DNA from: a virus
DNA: 64,000 bases
IMG/VR virus record: IMGVR_UViG_3300032304_000956
Coordinates: 5,829 to 69,828 of that record
Strand: one strand, 5' to 3'
The position numbers and the translations under genes were made by a program. The notes below the pieces were generated by a model that did not search any database, was not told the DNA's origin, and saw only the letters and a program-made list of their open reading frames with translations. This document shows, one piece after another, positions 9,307-19,700 of the stretch (position 1 is the stretch's first letter; each line of letters starts with the position of its first letter).

Positions 9307-12005
9307 ATGATAATTTCTTCGTTGATTGAAGTTACAGAAGTTGCGGATAGATAAACACCAACTGTGCTATTGTAATTAGTGTTCATTATGTTTGAATAGC
9401 TTTCAAATGTAGAGAAATACACATTATGCTTCAAGAACTCAACCGAAGGGCTTAGTATGAAATCATATTCGTGCAATGCTATCATATCATTCTGATCCTT
9501 TAACAAGAATGATATGTTGAAGATATTATTCTTCTTAGCATATGTAAATGTCGGCTTTTCCGCTTTTGTAAATCGGATATCTCCTCCAGAAACGCTGAAG
9601 AATTGTGTATTGTTGAGATAATCTGATGCTGTAACTGGGAATATCTTATGATTTCTATGAGACAATGTATCAAACTTGTATATTTCAGGATACAGTATAT
9701 AATTATTGGATGTTATAGTTGGTGTGTTTGTTTGCAACACACAGTAATATACATCAGACCCAACTTTAAATCGGTTTGATAGTTTATTAATCGGTGATGC
9801 GTTGTGTTCTATCTCATATACAACAGCAACTGGTGGATTGAATTTAGAATTTTCGTAATTTATTTTTTCAAATACAAGATAATTATCAGTTTCAATAAAC
9901 AATGTATCAAAACTCATTTCAAATTTTGAAATTGCTGATAATTGAGCAAACGCGCTTGGTGTGTATCTTGATGATAAGTAATAAAACTCGCTAGTCAAAT
10001 CATTTACAGTTTGTGTGTTGATGTTCTTGACGAATATATTACCATTTAAATCAATACGGTCATTGTAAGTGGTTGATGCTGTTACATCAACATTGTATTG
10101 ACTATTAACCAATACAGTATCATCGTAATAATACGATATTGTTGGCAATCTATATGTGAAATCAAATTCATCATTAAAATAACCACAATCGTTGCTTATA
10201 ATACCGTTTGTTCTTGTGTATTGAGCGTTCTGAGTGAAATTAGCAGAACTCAATCCTGTCGGTTTTATCAATGGACTGTAGCTGGACAGACCGCATTCCA
10301 TCAAAATACTGTAATAATAATTCAATGATCCCGGATATGATGGATCATCTGATGAAATAGGATCTAAAAATGGATCGCCTGATGATTTTGTGAAAAACCC
10401 ACCATCTCGCATCACAAGCTCATTGACGATTACATCCTCTGTAGGCGCTTTTAACTCTTGATATGGAGTGAAGTATCGGAAGAACAGCGTATTGACGCCT
10501 GAGAGGGCGCTGGCACCGCTAAATGTGCTTGTGTATGCCGACAGTCCTGACCTTTTCAGTTCATTGAATGATGATAAATTTTGAGTAGCGAAATTGAAGT
10601 TGTATCCTTGATCAAAAATATCATCATAAAAACGATAACCATTCAATTCAAGGCTTTTGATTGTTGTTGGCTCAACAACTTTAATTCCTTTTACAAAATT
10701 AATATTATTTTTGAACAACCCGTAGACGTTTCCATAAACATCTTCTTTTTGATCCTGCACAAAGCCAGAATCAAAAATGGATTCCAAGTTACAATCAAAT
10801 TTATTGATCTTTTCAGTTACATAACCGTAATATTTGGTGTCATTTTTATTAGATATCGGTTTGTTAACAGCATTTGATGATGTTAAGTTACGTTTTAAAT
10901 CCTCATCGTTGACATAAAATGTGATAATGTCCGCATTTCCCCCGAAAACATTTGGATCTGGGAAATAATATATGGAATTTGGTTCCAACTTATCGATATT
11001 GAATTGAAACGATTGATTTTTACCATCGACCAACACAATAGAGGTCTTTGAAGTTTTGAAAAATCCTATTTCATAGGTATCAATCAAAGTTCCTTGTAAA
11101 GTCGCTGGTATTGTCGGATAATTTCTGTTTAACAGACTTCTCGCCTTATTATCAGCTTCAAATAGAAGACCTGATACAAATTCAGATGTAGTTGGGCCTG
11201 TTGAAAGGTAATAGAAGTCAACTCCCATGCTTTGCTTGGTCAATTGACGCTTATTATCAAACAATTGATCAACTTCTTTGAGATTTTTAAGTTCATCACT
11301 AACGCCAGCGAAGATAGTTGAAATCAACGAAGCGTTATCCTTTAAAAAGATATCAGCACCGTAATCCAAATCCTTATTATCATAGATTTGTTCATTTGGA
11401 ACTTGATTGTAGTAGCTGCTATACACATTGTATAATTCGCTAACATCAACCTTCAATTTGGTTTTGATTTCTTCGATATCGTAATCGATAAGTGCGGTTT
11501 CTCTGTTATCTAAGAATGATATCGTCTTTTCGAAGATGGTTTTCTCCAAACCAGCGACACTGCCCATCGCTTTTTTTCGAGTTAGTTCATATTTTACATC
11601 ATCTCGCTTAGAATTGTAGTAATTTGCAATATCTACAAGCTTTTTGCTGTATAATCCGAGAACAGTATCCAAATCGTATGGATCGTTGAAGTCAATTTTC
11701 TTTAAATACTCTTGCTCTTCGATAGTTGTGTATTTCAGAGTGATATCTTTTATGAATTCTCTATACTTTTCAACTATCAACGCATCGTCATCAACTTGCT
11801 GGTTGTTCTTTTTTAAGTTCCACCTCTTCAAATACTCGGTATAATATGTTTGAAGAACTTCTGGATCAAAATTTACTGTAATTGTCTTGATGAAGACAAG
11901 GAATGACATTGGACTATTCAAGTCCAATGCATCATTCGCGTATACATTAGCATTTGTTATGCTTTTTGGGACTGGAGGATATCCATATTGCAAATTTGAA
12001 GACAT
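9303..12005 (-). CDS. large putative baseplate wedge protein
   Basis: 900-aa ORF downstream of gp6/gp25; TAAATA promoter. Confidence 0.5.
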   Translation of the reverse strand: MSSNLQYGYPPVPKSITNANVYANDALDLNSPMSFLVFIKTITVNFDPEVLQTYYTEYLKRWNLKKNNQQVDDDALIVEKYREFIKDITLKYTTIEEQEYLKKIDFNDPYDLDTVLGLYSKKLVDIANYYNSKRDDVKYELTRKKAMGSVAGLEKTIFEKTISFLDNRETALIDYDIEEIKTKLKVDVSELYNVYSSYYNQVPNEQIYDNKDLDYGADIFLKDNASLISTIFAGVSDELKNLKEVDQLFDNKRQLTKQSMGVDFYYLSTGPTTSEFVSGLLFEADNKARSLLNRNYPTIPATLQGTLIDTYEIGFFKTSKTSIVLVDGKNQSFQFNIDKLEPNSIYYFPDPNVFGGNADIITFYVNDEDLKRNLTSSNAVNKPISNKNDTKYYGYVTEKINKFDCNLESIFDSGFVQDQKEDVYGNVYGLFKNNINFVKGIKVVEPTTIKSLELNGYRFYDDIFDQGYNFNFATQNLSSFNELKRSGLSAYTSTFSGASALSGVNTLFFRYFTPYQELKAPTEDVIVNELVMRDGGFFTKSSGDPFLDPISSDDPSYPGSLNYYYSILMECGLSSYSPLIKPTGLSSANFTQNAQYTRTNGIISNDCGYFNDEFDFTYRLPTISYYYDDTVLVNSQYNVDVTASTTYNDRIDLNGNIFVKNINTQTVNDLTSEFYYLSSRYTPSAFAQLSAISKFEMSFDTLFIETDNYLVFEKINYENSKFNPPVAVVYEIEHNASPINKLSNRFKVGSDVYYCVLQTNTPTITSNNYILYPEIYKFDTLSHRNHKIFPVTASDYLNNTQFFSVSGGDIRFTKAEKPTFTYAKKNNIFNISFLLKDQNDMIALHEYDFILSPSVEFLKHNVYFSTFESYSNIMNTNYNSTVGVYLSATSVTSINEEIII

Positions 12006-12039
12006 TAACTCTATTTATTTTGCAGATCACGAAATGTAA

Positions 12040-14169
12040 TCACAAAGATAGCGATTGATAAAGAACATCCAAAAACATCGTTTCGAAAACACCGTTATCG
12101 CCCATCAAATATTGTGTAGATGGGTTAGCTGATATAATCGTGGTGTTGGTGTTGTTGAAATCGATCACATTATCAAATACTGTGCCGTCGTATTGATTGT
12201 TGAATTCAAAAAATAGATAATACTTTTCGAAATCTGATGTTTTGAACGGTGATGGTAGCACTAATGGCCAACCCCATGAATCAGAGTATGCTGACAGCTT
12301 GTAAAAGTTAGCAACTCCAGCGCACAGCGGTTGATAAGTGTTCAACTTAACATATTCGTTACCGAATTTCTCAAGTGCTACAATAGGAACGCCCGCTGTG
12401 ATTGTATATGTGGTTGTATTGATCTGGTTGCCCAAATTCACGCCAAATTTAGTCTTTTGAACTTGTCCTTTGGTGTCAAAGTTCTCTACGAACTTATTTG
12501 TAGTTCCTCTGAGCTTGTTTGTCTTGATTGATGCTAGATTTGTGATTCTTTTTATCTTTTCAGGATAATTGAAGAACCCTTTATCAAATTGAAGGTCATC
12601 AATATTCAAAAATGTAGTATCTGAGATGATAGCCTTGATATTTTCAGTATCAATGTCTCTATTGTTCATCACAAAGTTCTCAATACCTTCGTAAGTCTTA
12701 ACACCGATTGAATCGTGGTCATATGTGGTCGAACCCATTATAGATCCGATGAAATCTTCAAAAAATACAGGATTGTTTTTGATACTTTCTTGGAAAGCCA
12801 AGTCATTTAACGTTTCAGAAGCGTTAAAGTTCTCATTGACTTTGAATATGTCATAGGCTCCTTTTTCCAAAACATCAAATCGACCACTCACACCAGATAA
12901 TGAGAATGATGATAGATTTTCATTTGTTAAAGTAGCTCTAGCTGACAATTGAACGCCAGTTACAGATATTCCACTCTCTTTGAATTGAATGTAAGCTCTC
13001 GCTGATCCATTATGGTCAATATCACCCAATGTATCGTTGATAGACGACAATGTGTAGTAAGCAGAAGGCACAACACCAGTTGTCAGGATTGTTCTTTGCT
13101 TATTAGGAGCGGAAAGCACGTAATAACCATTGGAATCTTTCAAATATGTGGCAGAAAGAACAGATACAGTAAAATTGGTAATGGACAACTCGTTGAAATT
13201 TTTCAATGAGAAGTTATCCACATCTTTGATCTTTATCACAAACGGTATTTTGACATTATTGAACTTGATAGGTGATATGTTGAATGTGTCAATAGACACA
13301 CCTTCACCATCAAGACCGTTTGATGTGATTGTTAAACCAGATGCTGAGTTGTTAGGAACCACAACAACACTCAAAGAAATGTTTGTGTTGTTTAGATAGT
13401 TTTGATTGACTCCTTGAATGTAATTGTTTCTGGAATCGAACTTAAATCTCAAAACACCAGAAGAAACCGAATCGTCTTTGAAATATGTAGCGTTTACAGC
13501 AGACAATCCGACAAAGAATGCATTAAGATCGTTCTTTGAGCAGTTCACGATGGATGTTCCATCTATTCTAGCGTAAAGTTCAACTGGATTTGATATGGTA
13601 ATTGATGGAACTTCTTTGTATTGTGTCGCTGATAGATAATAATTGCTTACTGGATCAAAAATAGCGTATGTTTTTTGAAGTTGGGCGAATTTACTATCAG
13701 ATACAGCAAAGTAATCAACACTGTCGCTGCCTTCATAGACGTAGTTTATCTTGGTTACAGGCTGATACAATGGAAAATATGAAGCGACATACCACGGACC
13801 GTGTATTTTAGACTGTTGTAATGTCAAAAACTTATTAGTTGATGATAAATTTGTGAAATTGAACGTGTAAGGCACATAATCATGAATTATGATGTCTTGA
13901 GAATACACAGAAACACTTGCATTGTTGGCGCAATCGTAAACAACCAAATTTACGGTGTAAGTTCCGGGGAAATCGTAGTATTTGGAAGCGCACAGCATCT
14001 TTGACGTAGTGCCATCTCCAAAACTCCACACAACATCATGGTTAGAGTTTGGTGGTAGATCTGGAACGAATAGTAATGGCGTTGCCGACAATGCATAAGA
14101 ACTCAATACGTTCTCATTCTTGTAGTCGAATACGTCAAAATTTGAAAATGTTGTTTTAAGATTAGCCAT
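12040..14169 (-). CDS. baseplate-associated protein with N-terminal PKD domain
   Basis: WSFGDGTTS...YDFPGTYTVNLVV PKD motif; immediately follows gp6. Confidence 0.6.
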   Translation of the reverse strand: MANLKTTFSNFDVFDYKNENVLSSYALSATPLLFVPDLPPNSNHDVVWSFGDGTTSKMLCASKYYDFPGTYTVNLVVYDCANNASVSVYSQDIIIHDYVPYTFNFTNLSSTNKFLTLQQSKIHGPWYVASYFPLYQPVTKINYVYEGSDSVDYFAVSDSKFAQLQKTYAIFDPVSNYYLSATQYKEVPSITISNPVELYARIDGTSIVNCSKNDLNAFFVGLSAVNATYFKDDSVSSGVLRFKFDSRNNYIQGVNQNYLNNTNISLSVVVVPNNSASGLTITSNGLDGEGVSIDTFNISPIKFNNVKIPFVIKIKDVDNFSLKNFNELSITNFTVSVLSATYLKDSNGYYVLSAPNKQRTILTTGVVPSAYYTLSSINDTLGDIDHNGSARAYIQFKESGISVTGVQLSARATLTNENLSSFSLSGVSGRFDVLEKGAYDIFKVNENFNASETLNDLAFQESIKNNPVFFEDFIGSIMGSTTYDHDSIGVKTYEGIENFVMNNRDIDTENIKAIISDTTFLNIDDLQFDKGFFNYPEKIKRITNLASIKTNKLRGTTNKFVENFDTKGQVQKTKFGVNLGNQINTTTYTITAGVPIVALEKFGNEYVKLNTYQPLCAGVANFYKLSAYSDSWGWPLVLPSPFKTSDFEKYYLFFEFNNQYDGTVFDNVIDFNNTNTTIISANPSTQYLMGDNGVFETMFLDVLYQSLSL

Positions 14170-15973
14170 CTACGATATCTATTTTATTTATCAATGATTG
14201 AGGTGAATAAAAATAAGGGAACTTATAGAATGGCAACGTTATTGTCTGATTGACGATTTCATTGTCCAAATCTGGATAGATTGGGTTCCATGCTATGAAA
14301 GAAACGCCGTTGAAGAATATACCTTCGACTGTGTTTTCAGTTCTCAACGAGGCAACACCTTCAATACTTAAGATAGTAGAAGTTAAATCAGATAGATTCA
14401 ATGTTTGACCAAGTTGATTGTTTGAAGATTTGAAGAAATCCAAAATTGCACTGGAAACTCTTGATTTGATAGTGCTGTTGCTGATCTTATTGTTTCTTTC
14501 TTTAACAATCACTAATTTGGTTTGATTTGTAATATCAACAGATGTGTTGGTGTTACTAAAACCGATATCAAAAGCGTTGTAGATAGGATCTCTTGGAATA
14601 ACCTCATTTGTCACCATTTTTTTGTCTCTGGTGATATCTATGATCATGTTCTTGAATGTTTCGCTGATGTATGTTGGATATTGAGCATCCAATTGAATAT
14701 CAAACTTCGGAACACAGAAGACGTTGATGTTATTGAAATCGCAAGTGTCTGCAAAATTGACTTGGTTGATCAAAACTCTATTTGCTTTGTTTGGATCGAC
14801 GCAAATTCTGTAGAAGTAATTGATGTATTCTGCAATAAACACATCGTTATCAACTACCTTAACTGAATTTACGATATTTGGTAATGTTTTACCGATATAC
14901 TTTTCGTAATCTTGAGCAGTTACAAGACGATTTTGAGCAGTTATAAAGAATGGGACGTTACTTCTGATCTGATCAACTGTTTCAGCGTCGTAGATGGCTG
15001 TTGAGTTCAACGAGTTCACAAACGTCAAGCTGTTTCCAATTGTAGTTGTTACGATTTGAGAAGATGAAGATGCGGTATCGGCGTAGATTTGGTCAAACTC
15101 TGAAGATGTGTAGTTGAATATCTTGTTTCCGTTGATTACATTCTTGCTTATGACTCCTTTGAGTCCATCACTCAAGATGTAAATCACTTTGACAATATCA
15201 TTAGCGTCCAAACGCTTACTAAATACATTATTTCCAAACTTAACTTCATAATGACCATTTTCATTAAGTCTAAGTTCATATGACTTAGAAGTTGAAGTTG
15301 TCAAATACAAGTTATCAACTTCGGTGTATTCTACCCATGTGTTTGTGTTGGATTCTTTCACATACACTGAAATAGTGCCATCTGCGATGAACCTAGAATC
15401 AGTTGCTACTAAATTCTCCACAACAATAGGAAAGCTTTCAAAATCAACACCTTCTGCGGTGTAGTTTGGATATTCGTTTACCGTTCCTTGATATAGAATC
15501 AAGTTCTTGTTGATCGAATCGATAATCTCAGATGCTGTTGTGGTTTTTTCAAATGGAAAGTCTTCCAATACTGTGAATTGGATGTTGTCCACCAAGAAAT
15601 AGCTGTATTTCTTTAGAAGATAATCACCAATTGCCAAATCTGCACTGGCTGTGCAGTTGATAGGAAGAATAGATGTTTGTTTTCCAGTTGGTTTGTAACC
15701 AATCAACTTCACAATACGGTTCATGTTTTCATAAATCGTAGCTTGGTCGAATAAACTCTCAGAACTGTTTTGGTTTAAGTAAAACAACAATACGTGAGTG
15801 TAATAAGCAAGTATCTCTATTAAAAATGAAAGATTGCTACCTTCGTAGTTTTGATCTGTAAAGGTTGAATTTTCATTTAATCTATCGATTATGAAGCTTT
15901 TCAATGAAACAGCGTCGAAATTTACGTAAGCATCTTGCGGTAGGTCGTATGCTAATGTGTTGTTATCACTCAT
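14162..15973 (-). CDS. baseplate wedge subunit gp6
   Basis: FTDQNYEGSNLSFLIEILAYYTH, EVKFGNNVF, ETVDQIRSNVP...QNRLVTAQDY are T4 gp6/baseplate-J motifs. Confidence 0.9.
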   Translation of the reverse strand: MSDNNTLAYDLPQDAYVNFDAVSLKSFIIDRLNENSTFTDQNYEGSNLSFLIEILAYYTHVLLFYLNQNSSESLFDQATIYENMNRIVKLIGYKPTGKQTSILPINCTASADLAIGDYLLKKYSYFLVDNIQFTVLEDFPFEKTTTASEIIDSINKNLILYQGTVNEYPNYTAEGVDFESFPIVVENLVATDSRFIADGTISVYVKESNTNTWVEYTEVDNLYLTTSTSKSYELRLNENGHYEVKFGNNVFSKRLDANDIVKVIYILSDGLKGVISKNVINGNKIFNYTSSEFDQIYADTASSSSQIVTTTIGNSLTFVNSLNSTAIYDAETVDQIRSNVPFFITAQNRLVTAQDYEKYIGKTLPNIVNSVKVVDNDVFIAEYINYFYRICVDPNKANRVLINQVNFADTCDFNNINVFCVPKFDIQLDAQYPTYISETFKNMIIDITRDKKMVTNEVIPRDPIYNAFDIGFSNTNTSVDITNQTKLVIVKERNNKISNSTIKSRVSSAILDFFKSSNNQLGQTLNLSDLTSTILSIEGVASLRTENTVEGIFFNGVSFIAWNPIYPDLDNEIVNQTITLPFYKFPYFYSPQSLINKIDIVDG

Positions 15974-15997
15974 TTTGAGAATATTTAATGGCCCGAC

Positions 15998-16483
15998 TTA
16001 CAAAATAACGTATCCTGTATTCGATAGTTGTGATTTTAACTGCAATCCATAAACATTCAGAGAAGCAACGTCGATTTGAAACTCAATATCAATTTGATTT
16101 TCATCTGGAATTCCATTTACTTGTATGTTTGATACAGTAACTCTCGGTTCCATTATAGGAAGCTTGCTTGAAATCTCAGATCGGATGATATCTGTTGTGA
16201 AAACGGTAATAGGCTGGAAAAGAAAGCGTCTAAGATCAATTCCGTATGTTGGATTGAGTAATTTTTCTCCCGGTGATGTCAAAAACGCATTTTTTATGCT
16301 GTTTTTCACAGATTCTATGTCAAACAACGCCTGAATATCCTTGACATATTCTTTTTTATGCAGTTGTTTGTTGTAACTGTATTGAGGAGAGATATCAAGA
16401 AACAAATCTTTATACAAGAATCCATTTTTAAGGGATTCTTTGGAAAGTTTATCAACTTCTAAGGATTTAATTTTGATAGCCAT
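15998..16483 (-). CDS. baseplate wedge subunit gp25
   Basis: SVKNSIKNAFLTSPGEKLLNPTYGIDLRRFLFQP...EPRV. Confidence 0.9.
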   Translation of the reverse strand: MAIKIKSLEVDKLSKESLKNGFLYKDLFLDISPQYSYNKQLHKKEYVKDIQALFDIESVKNSIKNAFLTSPGEKLLNPTYGIDLRRFLFQPITVFTTDIIRSEISSKLPIMEPRVTVSNIQVNGIPDENQIDIEFQIDVASLNVYGLQLKSQLSNTGYVIL

Positions 16484-16506
16484 TGATAATATTTATCAAA
16501 TGGATA

Positions 16507-16833
16507 TTATTCTGATTTCTTTTTCGGAGTTTTCCAAGATACTCGTTCAGAACTTTTCTTTTTATACATTTTACCTTTAATCTTCTTACACTGTGCTTTT
16601 GTAGGGCGACATGCAGGATAAGATCCTTTTGAAGTGTTGTTTCTTCCACATGGACCACCTGTTTTGCAATTGATCCATCCTTTGAATTTCTTGCCTTTTT
16701 TATCAACATGCGGAGCAAACCAATCTCTTAGGTTTTCCAACAATTGCAGTTGTGTGTATTCTTCTACTGTGGATTCAGAAAAAGTTAAACGCTCTTCAAT
16801 TACAGAGTTGTATAATTTATCGAATGTATTCAT
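16507..16833 (-). CDS. small basic conserved phage protein (WINCKTGGPCGR...YPACRP family)
   Basis: Likely start ATG 16833 overlaps the upstream TAA; motif recognised from aquatic phage proteins. Confidence 0.65.
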   Translation of the reverse strand: MNTFDKLYNSVIEERLTFSESTVEEYTQLQLLENLRDWFAPHVDKKGKKFKGWINCKTGGPCGRNNTSKGSYPACRPTKAQCKKIKGKMYKKKSSERVSWKTPKKKSE

Positions 16834-17855
16834 TATTTCATTTTGCCTTTTCGTTTTACACACTTCTGAACATAACCAGAGTTGCCAGTTATTGATATAA
16901 TTCCACGACCATCTGTTTCTTGCATCATGACCCATGTGTTATTCTTAGTTTGGGGACACCAAACATCGCAATTATTTATGGTTTGTAATTTGAAATTTGA
17001 TGTGTTTTTATGACGTTTATTTGATATGTAAGTGCATGAATAAATATCTTTAGTTTTTGATTTTATCCAAGTTACAGATCCACCGTTTAAAAAAGCTGAT
17101 AATAAAAATGCATCTCTGTGCATTATATCTTTCTGTTTGAATGCAAAATGTTGTTTACCATGATGTCCATCATATTCCCATTCAAGAGGATCTACATTTT
17201 CAGTATTTTCTAACACACGTTCTGTTTTTTGTTGATTTCCATCATACACAATAGCACTAAATAGCCATGCTTGTCGCTGTCCAACATCACAGTCTAATAA
17301 ATATTTTATCCAATTATCACCGTATTTGTATATTTTATTTTTAGTCAAACTTTCACCGCCATGATATGGAGCGGACACTACGATATTTTTGTTATGTCTA
17401 TGATTTAATATACTGTCAGTATCTTCCAACCTAATTGTTCTATGGTCTGTTGAATCATTATTTTTTTTACTTGTTCTTTTTTTTGCAGATTTGACAACCC
17501 AGTTATGATTTCCCGTGCTTTCAAATATAAAACCAGTATGACCACTTCTTACAATTTTTGTCTCAGCGTCTTTGTAACGGTGTATGTTTTCAATTGGCTG
17601 AAACTCTAATTCATCTTTTTCTATATTGTAAGTTAATATATCCTCATTTATAGATAATTCATTTACTGATTTCCAACCATCTCTGGTCAACGCTTTCGAA
17701 GAAGACTCAGGAACACAAGCATATGCGCTGGGCCATACATCATACTTAGCTTTCGCTTTGGCCTGACAAGACGCTCTCACTTTCGAAACTTTCTTCTTTT
17801 TCTTCTTTGTATACTTTTCAAGAAGAAGATTGTATAATTTATCAAAATTGCTCAT
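16833..17855 (-). CDS. small basic protein (WPSAYA/SG family) containing an intein
   Basis: Start MSNFDKLY at 17855; the KYDVWPSAYA-SGYVQKC motif is split by a 279-aa insert. Confidence 0.75.
   Translation of the reverse strand: MSNFDKLYNLLLEKYTKKKKKKVSKVRASCQAKAKAKYDVWPSAYACVPESSSKALTRDGWKSVNELSINEDILTYNIEKDELEFQPIENIHRYKDAETKIVRSGHTGFIFESTGNHNWVVKSAKKRTSKKNNDSTDHRTIRLEDTDSILNHRHNKNIVVSAPYHGGESLTKNKIYKYGDNWIKYLLDCDVGQRQAWLFSAIVYDGNQQKTERVLENTENVDPLEWEYDGHHGKQHFAFKQKDIMHRDAFLLSAFLNGGSVTWIKSKTKDIYSCTYISNKRHKNTSNFKLQTINNCDVWCPQTKNNTWVMMQETDGRGIISITGNSGYVQKCVKRKGKMK
16881..17717 (-). mobile_element. intein (Hint domain, possibly with degenerate LAGLIDADG)
   Basis: Starts C-VPESSSKALTRDGWKSV (block A), has STGNHNWVV (block B TxxH) and DVWCPQTKNNTWV (block F), ends ITGN followed by Ser+1. 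Confidence 0.85.
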
Positions 17856-17959
17856 AAGTGTGGATTTTTTACTTCGAAGAATATTTAATTTATGTTCCAT
17901 TATTTATGATTATTTTGTATAATATTTTTAACACCAATCTCTACAAGCTAAATAATAGT

Positions 17960-18763
17960 ATGGATAAAAAATATTATGTTTATGGATTGTTTGAAGAAGA
18001 TAAAGACACGCCATTTTATATAGGGAAAGGATCTGGTAGACGAATTATTAGATATTCTTTAGATGATACTAGACATGGATATATGTTAGTGTGTAAATTT
18101 AAAAATTTAAAAGCTAAAAATAAAAAATTAGATAGGAAAATATTATTTAATGATCTTTCAGAACAAGAAGCATTTGATATAGAGAAGGAACTCATCAGTA
18201 AATATGGTAAAAGATGTGATAATACTGGAATATTATTCAATGTCACAAATGGAGGAGATCAACCACCATCTGTAGAATTTATTAAAAAACTTTACGGTGA
18301 AAAAAAATACATACAGCAACAAAATAAAAGAAATCACACTTTTTATGAAAATTATTATATTAAAAATTTTGAAAATGCTTTATTAATTGAAAAGATGCTT
18401 TCAGATAACATGTTAATAAAAGATATAGCTAAAAAAATTGCAAAACATAGAAACACTATTTCAAAATGGATTAAACTTTATAATATAAAATATGATAATA
18501 CTTATAAAAAATTATTGGAGATAGATAGATTAAATTTATATAGAGGTGATAATATGAAAAAAATCGATAAAAAGTCCAAAACTTATATTGTAGTAAATCC
18601 TATGGGTGAAGAGATAAAGGTTCTAAGATTGGTCAAATTTTGTAATGATAATAATTTAGATTATAGATCACTGAGAAATACTTACAAAAGATTTTGTAAA
18701 AATGGAAAACAAAGAAAATGTAAAAAGTTTTGGATCAAAGAACAAACTGACCCATCGACTTAA
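17960..18763 (+). CDS. GIY-YIG-type free-standing homing endonuclease
   Basis: YYVYGL...PFYIGKGSGRR, NVTNGGD, then an HTH; very AT-rich, opposite strand to its neighbours, own TAAATA promoter. Confidence 0.75.
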   Translation: MDKKYYVYGLFEEDKDTPFYIGKGSGRRIIRYSLDDTRHGYMLVCKFKNLKAKNKKLDRKILFNDLSEQEAFDIEKELISKYGKRCDNTGILFNVTNGGDQPPSVEFIKKLYGEKKYIQQQNKRNHTFYENYYIKNFENALLIEKMLSDNMLIKDIAKKIAKHRNTISKWIKLYNIKYDNTYKKLLEIDRLNLYRGDNMKKIDKKSKTYIVVNPMGEEIKVLRLVKFCNDNNLDYRSLRNTYKRFCKNGKQRKCKKFWIKEQTDPST

Positions 18764-19095
18764 TTCCAATCACGACAACTTTGATAATTTGGAGTTCCCG
18801 GTTTAGCATTCCCGCAATGATGTCTCGCTTTAAAGCTCTTCTTTCTCTTTGTGTTGCCTGATTTACCAGTTACACGAACACCAGCTTGTCCCCAATGGAT
18901 TCTCTTGTAAGAACCGTCTGATTGACGAGCGCACTTCATCCACTTCTTGCCTTTTCTTGTGCTGTGTGCTTTTTTAGTAGCTCCAGTGCATTTAGATGAC
19001 TTCTTTTCCATGATTTGCATCAAGTCCAATTCGTAATCGTCTTGATCAAATTCCAAAGATTCCATAATTGAGTCCACTACTTTATTAAAATTCAT
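18760..19095 (-). CDS. small basic conserved phage protein (KKSFKARHHC family)
   Basis: KKWMKC...IHWGQAG...RKKSFKARHHC...YQSCRDW. Confidence 0.65.
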   Translation of the reverse strand: MNFNKVVDSIMESLEFDQDDYELDLMQIMEKKSSKCTGATKKAHSTRKGKKWMKCARQSDGSYKRIHWGQAGVRVTGKSGNTKRKKSFKARHHCGNAKPGTPNYQSCRDWN

Positions 19096-19128
19096 ATCTT
19101 TATTTATCGAATGCGCTAAATAAATTAC
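19096..19128. promoter_or_regulatory. divergent pair of TAAATA late promoters
   Basis: TATTTA at 19101-19106 (5 nt from the minus-strand ATG) and TAAATA at 19117-19122 (6 nt from the plus-strand ATG). Confidence 0.65.
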
Positions 19129-19692
19129 ATGGGAAAATTATTTGATGAAATTTATGAATCGGTTGTAGCATCTACTAATCGTGGTGGTTACGTAGCAGGT
19201 CAATTGGTTAAGTTCAAACCCGGATATAAAAAGACTCCAGCTTATCAAAACATGACTTCACAATTGCAGAAGTCAGTTGATGAATTGGCTTCATCTGGCC
19301 TCAATATTCATATCATTGAGGTTGGAGACAATCAATCTGGAGCTAGTGCAGGAAACCAAAACAAAACAGCCAATGAAATTGTGTTGACAATTGCAGGCGA
19401 TCAAGGTGGTCGTAGATATTACGGTTCTGTTACTGTATCTCCTGATATGGTCGAAGTTTTCGAAGATGATGGCTTTAATTTACCAAAGGTTCCAGATCAA
19501 TTCAAGAAGGTTGATAAGATCACTATCAAACCAGAACCAGTTCAAGATTTCAGCGGTGAAACAAATCGCCAAACTGATAAAGGCGACGGTAAGAACACTC
19601 CAGCCAATTACAGATTGCCAGAAAGCACCATATTGAAAATGGATAATGCTAATATGGCGATGTTACTCGAAGATATCTTAACAAAAAACTAA
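19129..19692 (+). CDS. hypothetical protein, possible internal head protein
   Basis: 187-aa ORF with late promoter; N-terminus LFDEIYES. Confidence 0.55.
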   Translation: MGKLFDEIYESVVASTNRGGYVAGQLVKFKPGYKKTPAYQNMTSQLQKSVDELASSGLNIHIIEVGDNQSGASAGNQNKTANEIVLTIAGDQGGRRYYGSVTVSPDMVEVFEDDGFNLPKVPDQFKKVDKITIKPEPVQDFSGETNRQTDKGDGKNTPANYRLPESTILKMDNANMAMLLEDILTKN

Positions 19693-19700
19693 ATACTATT

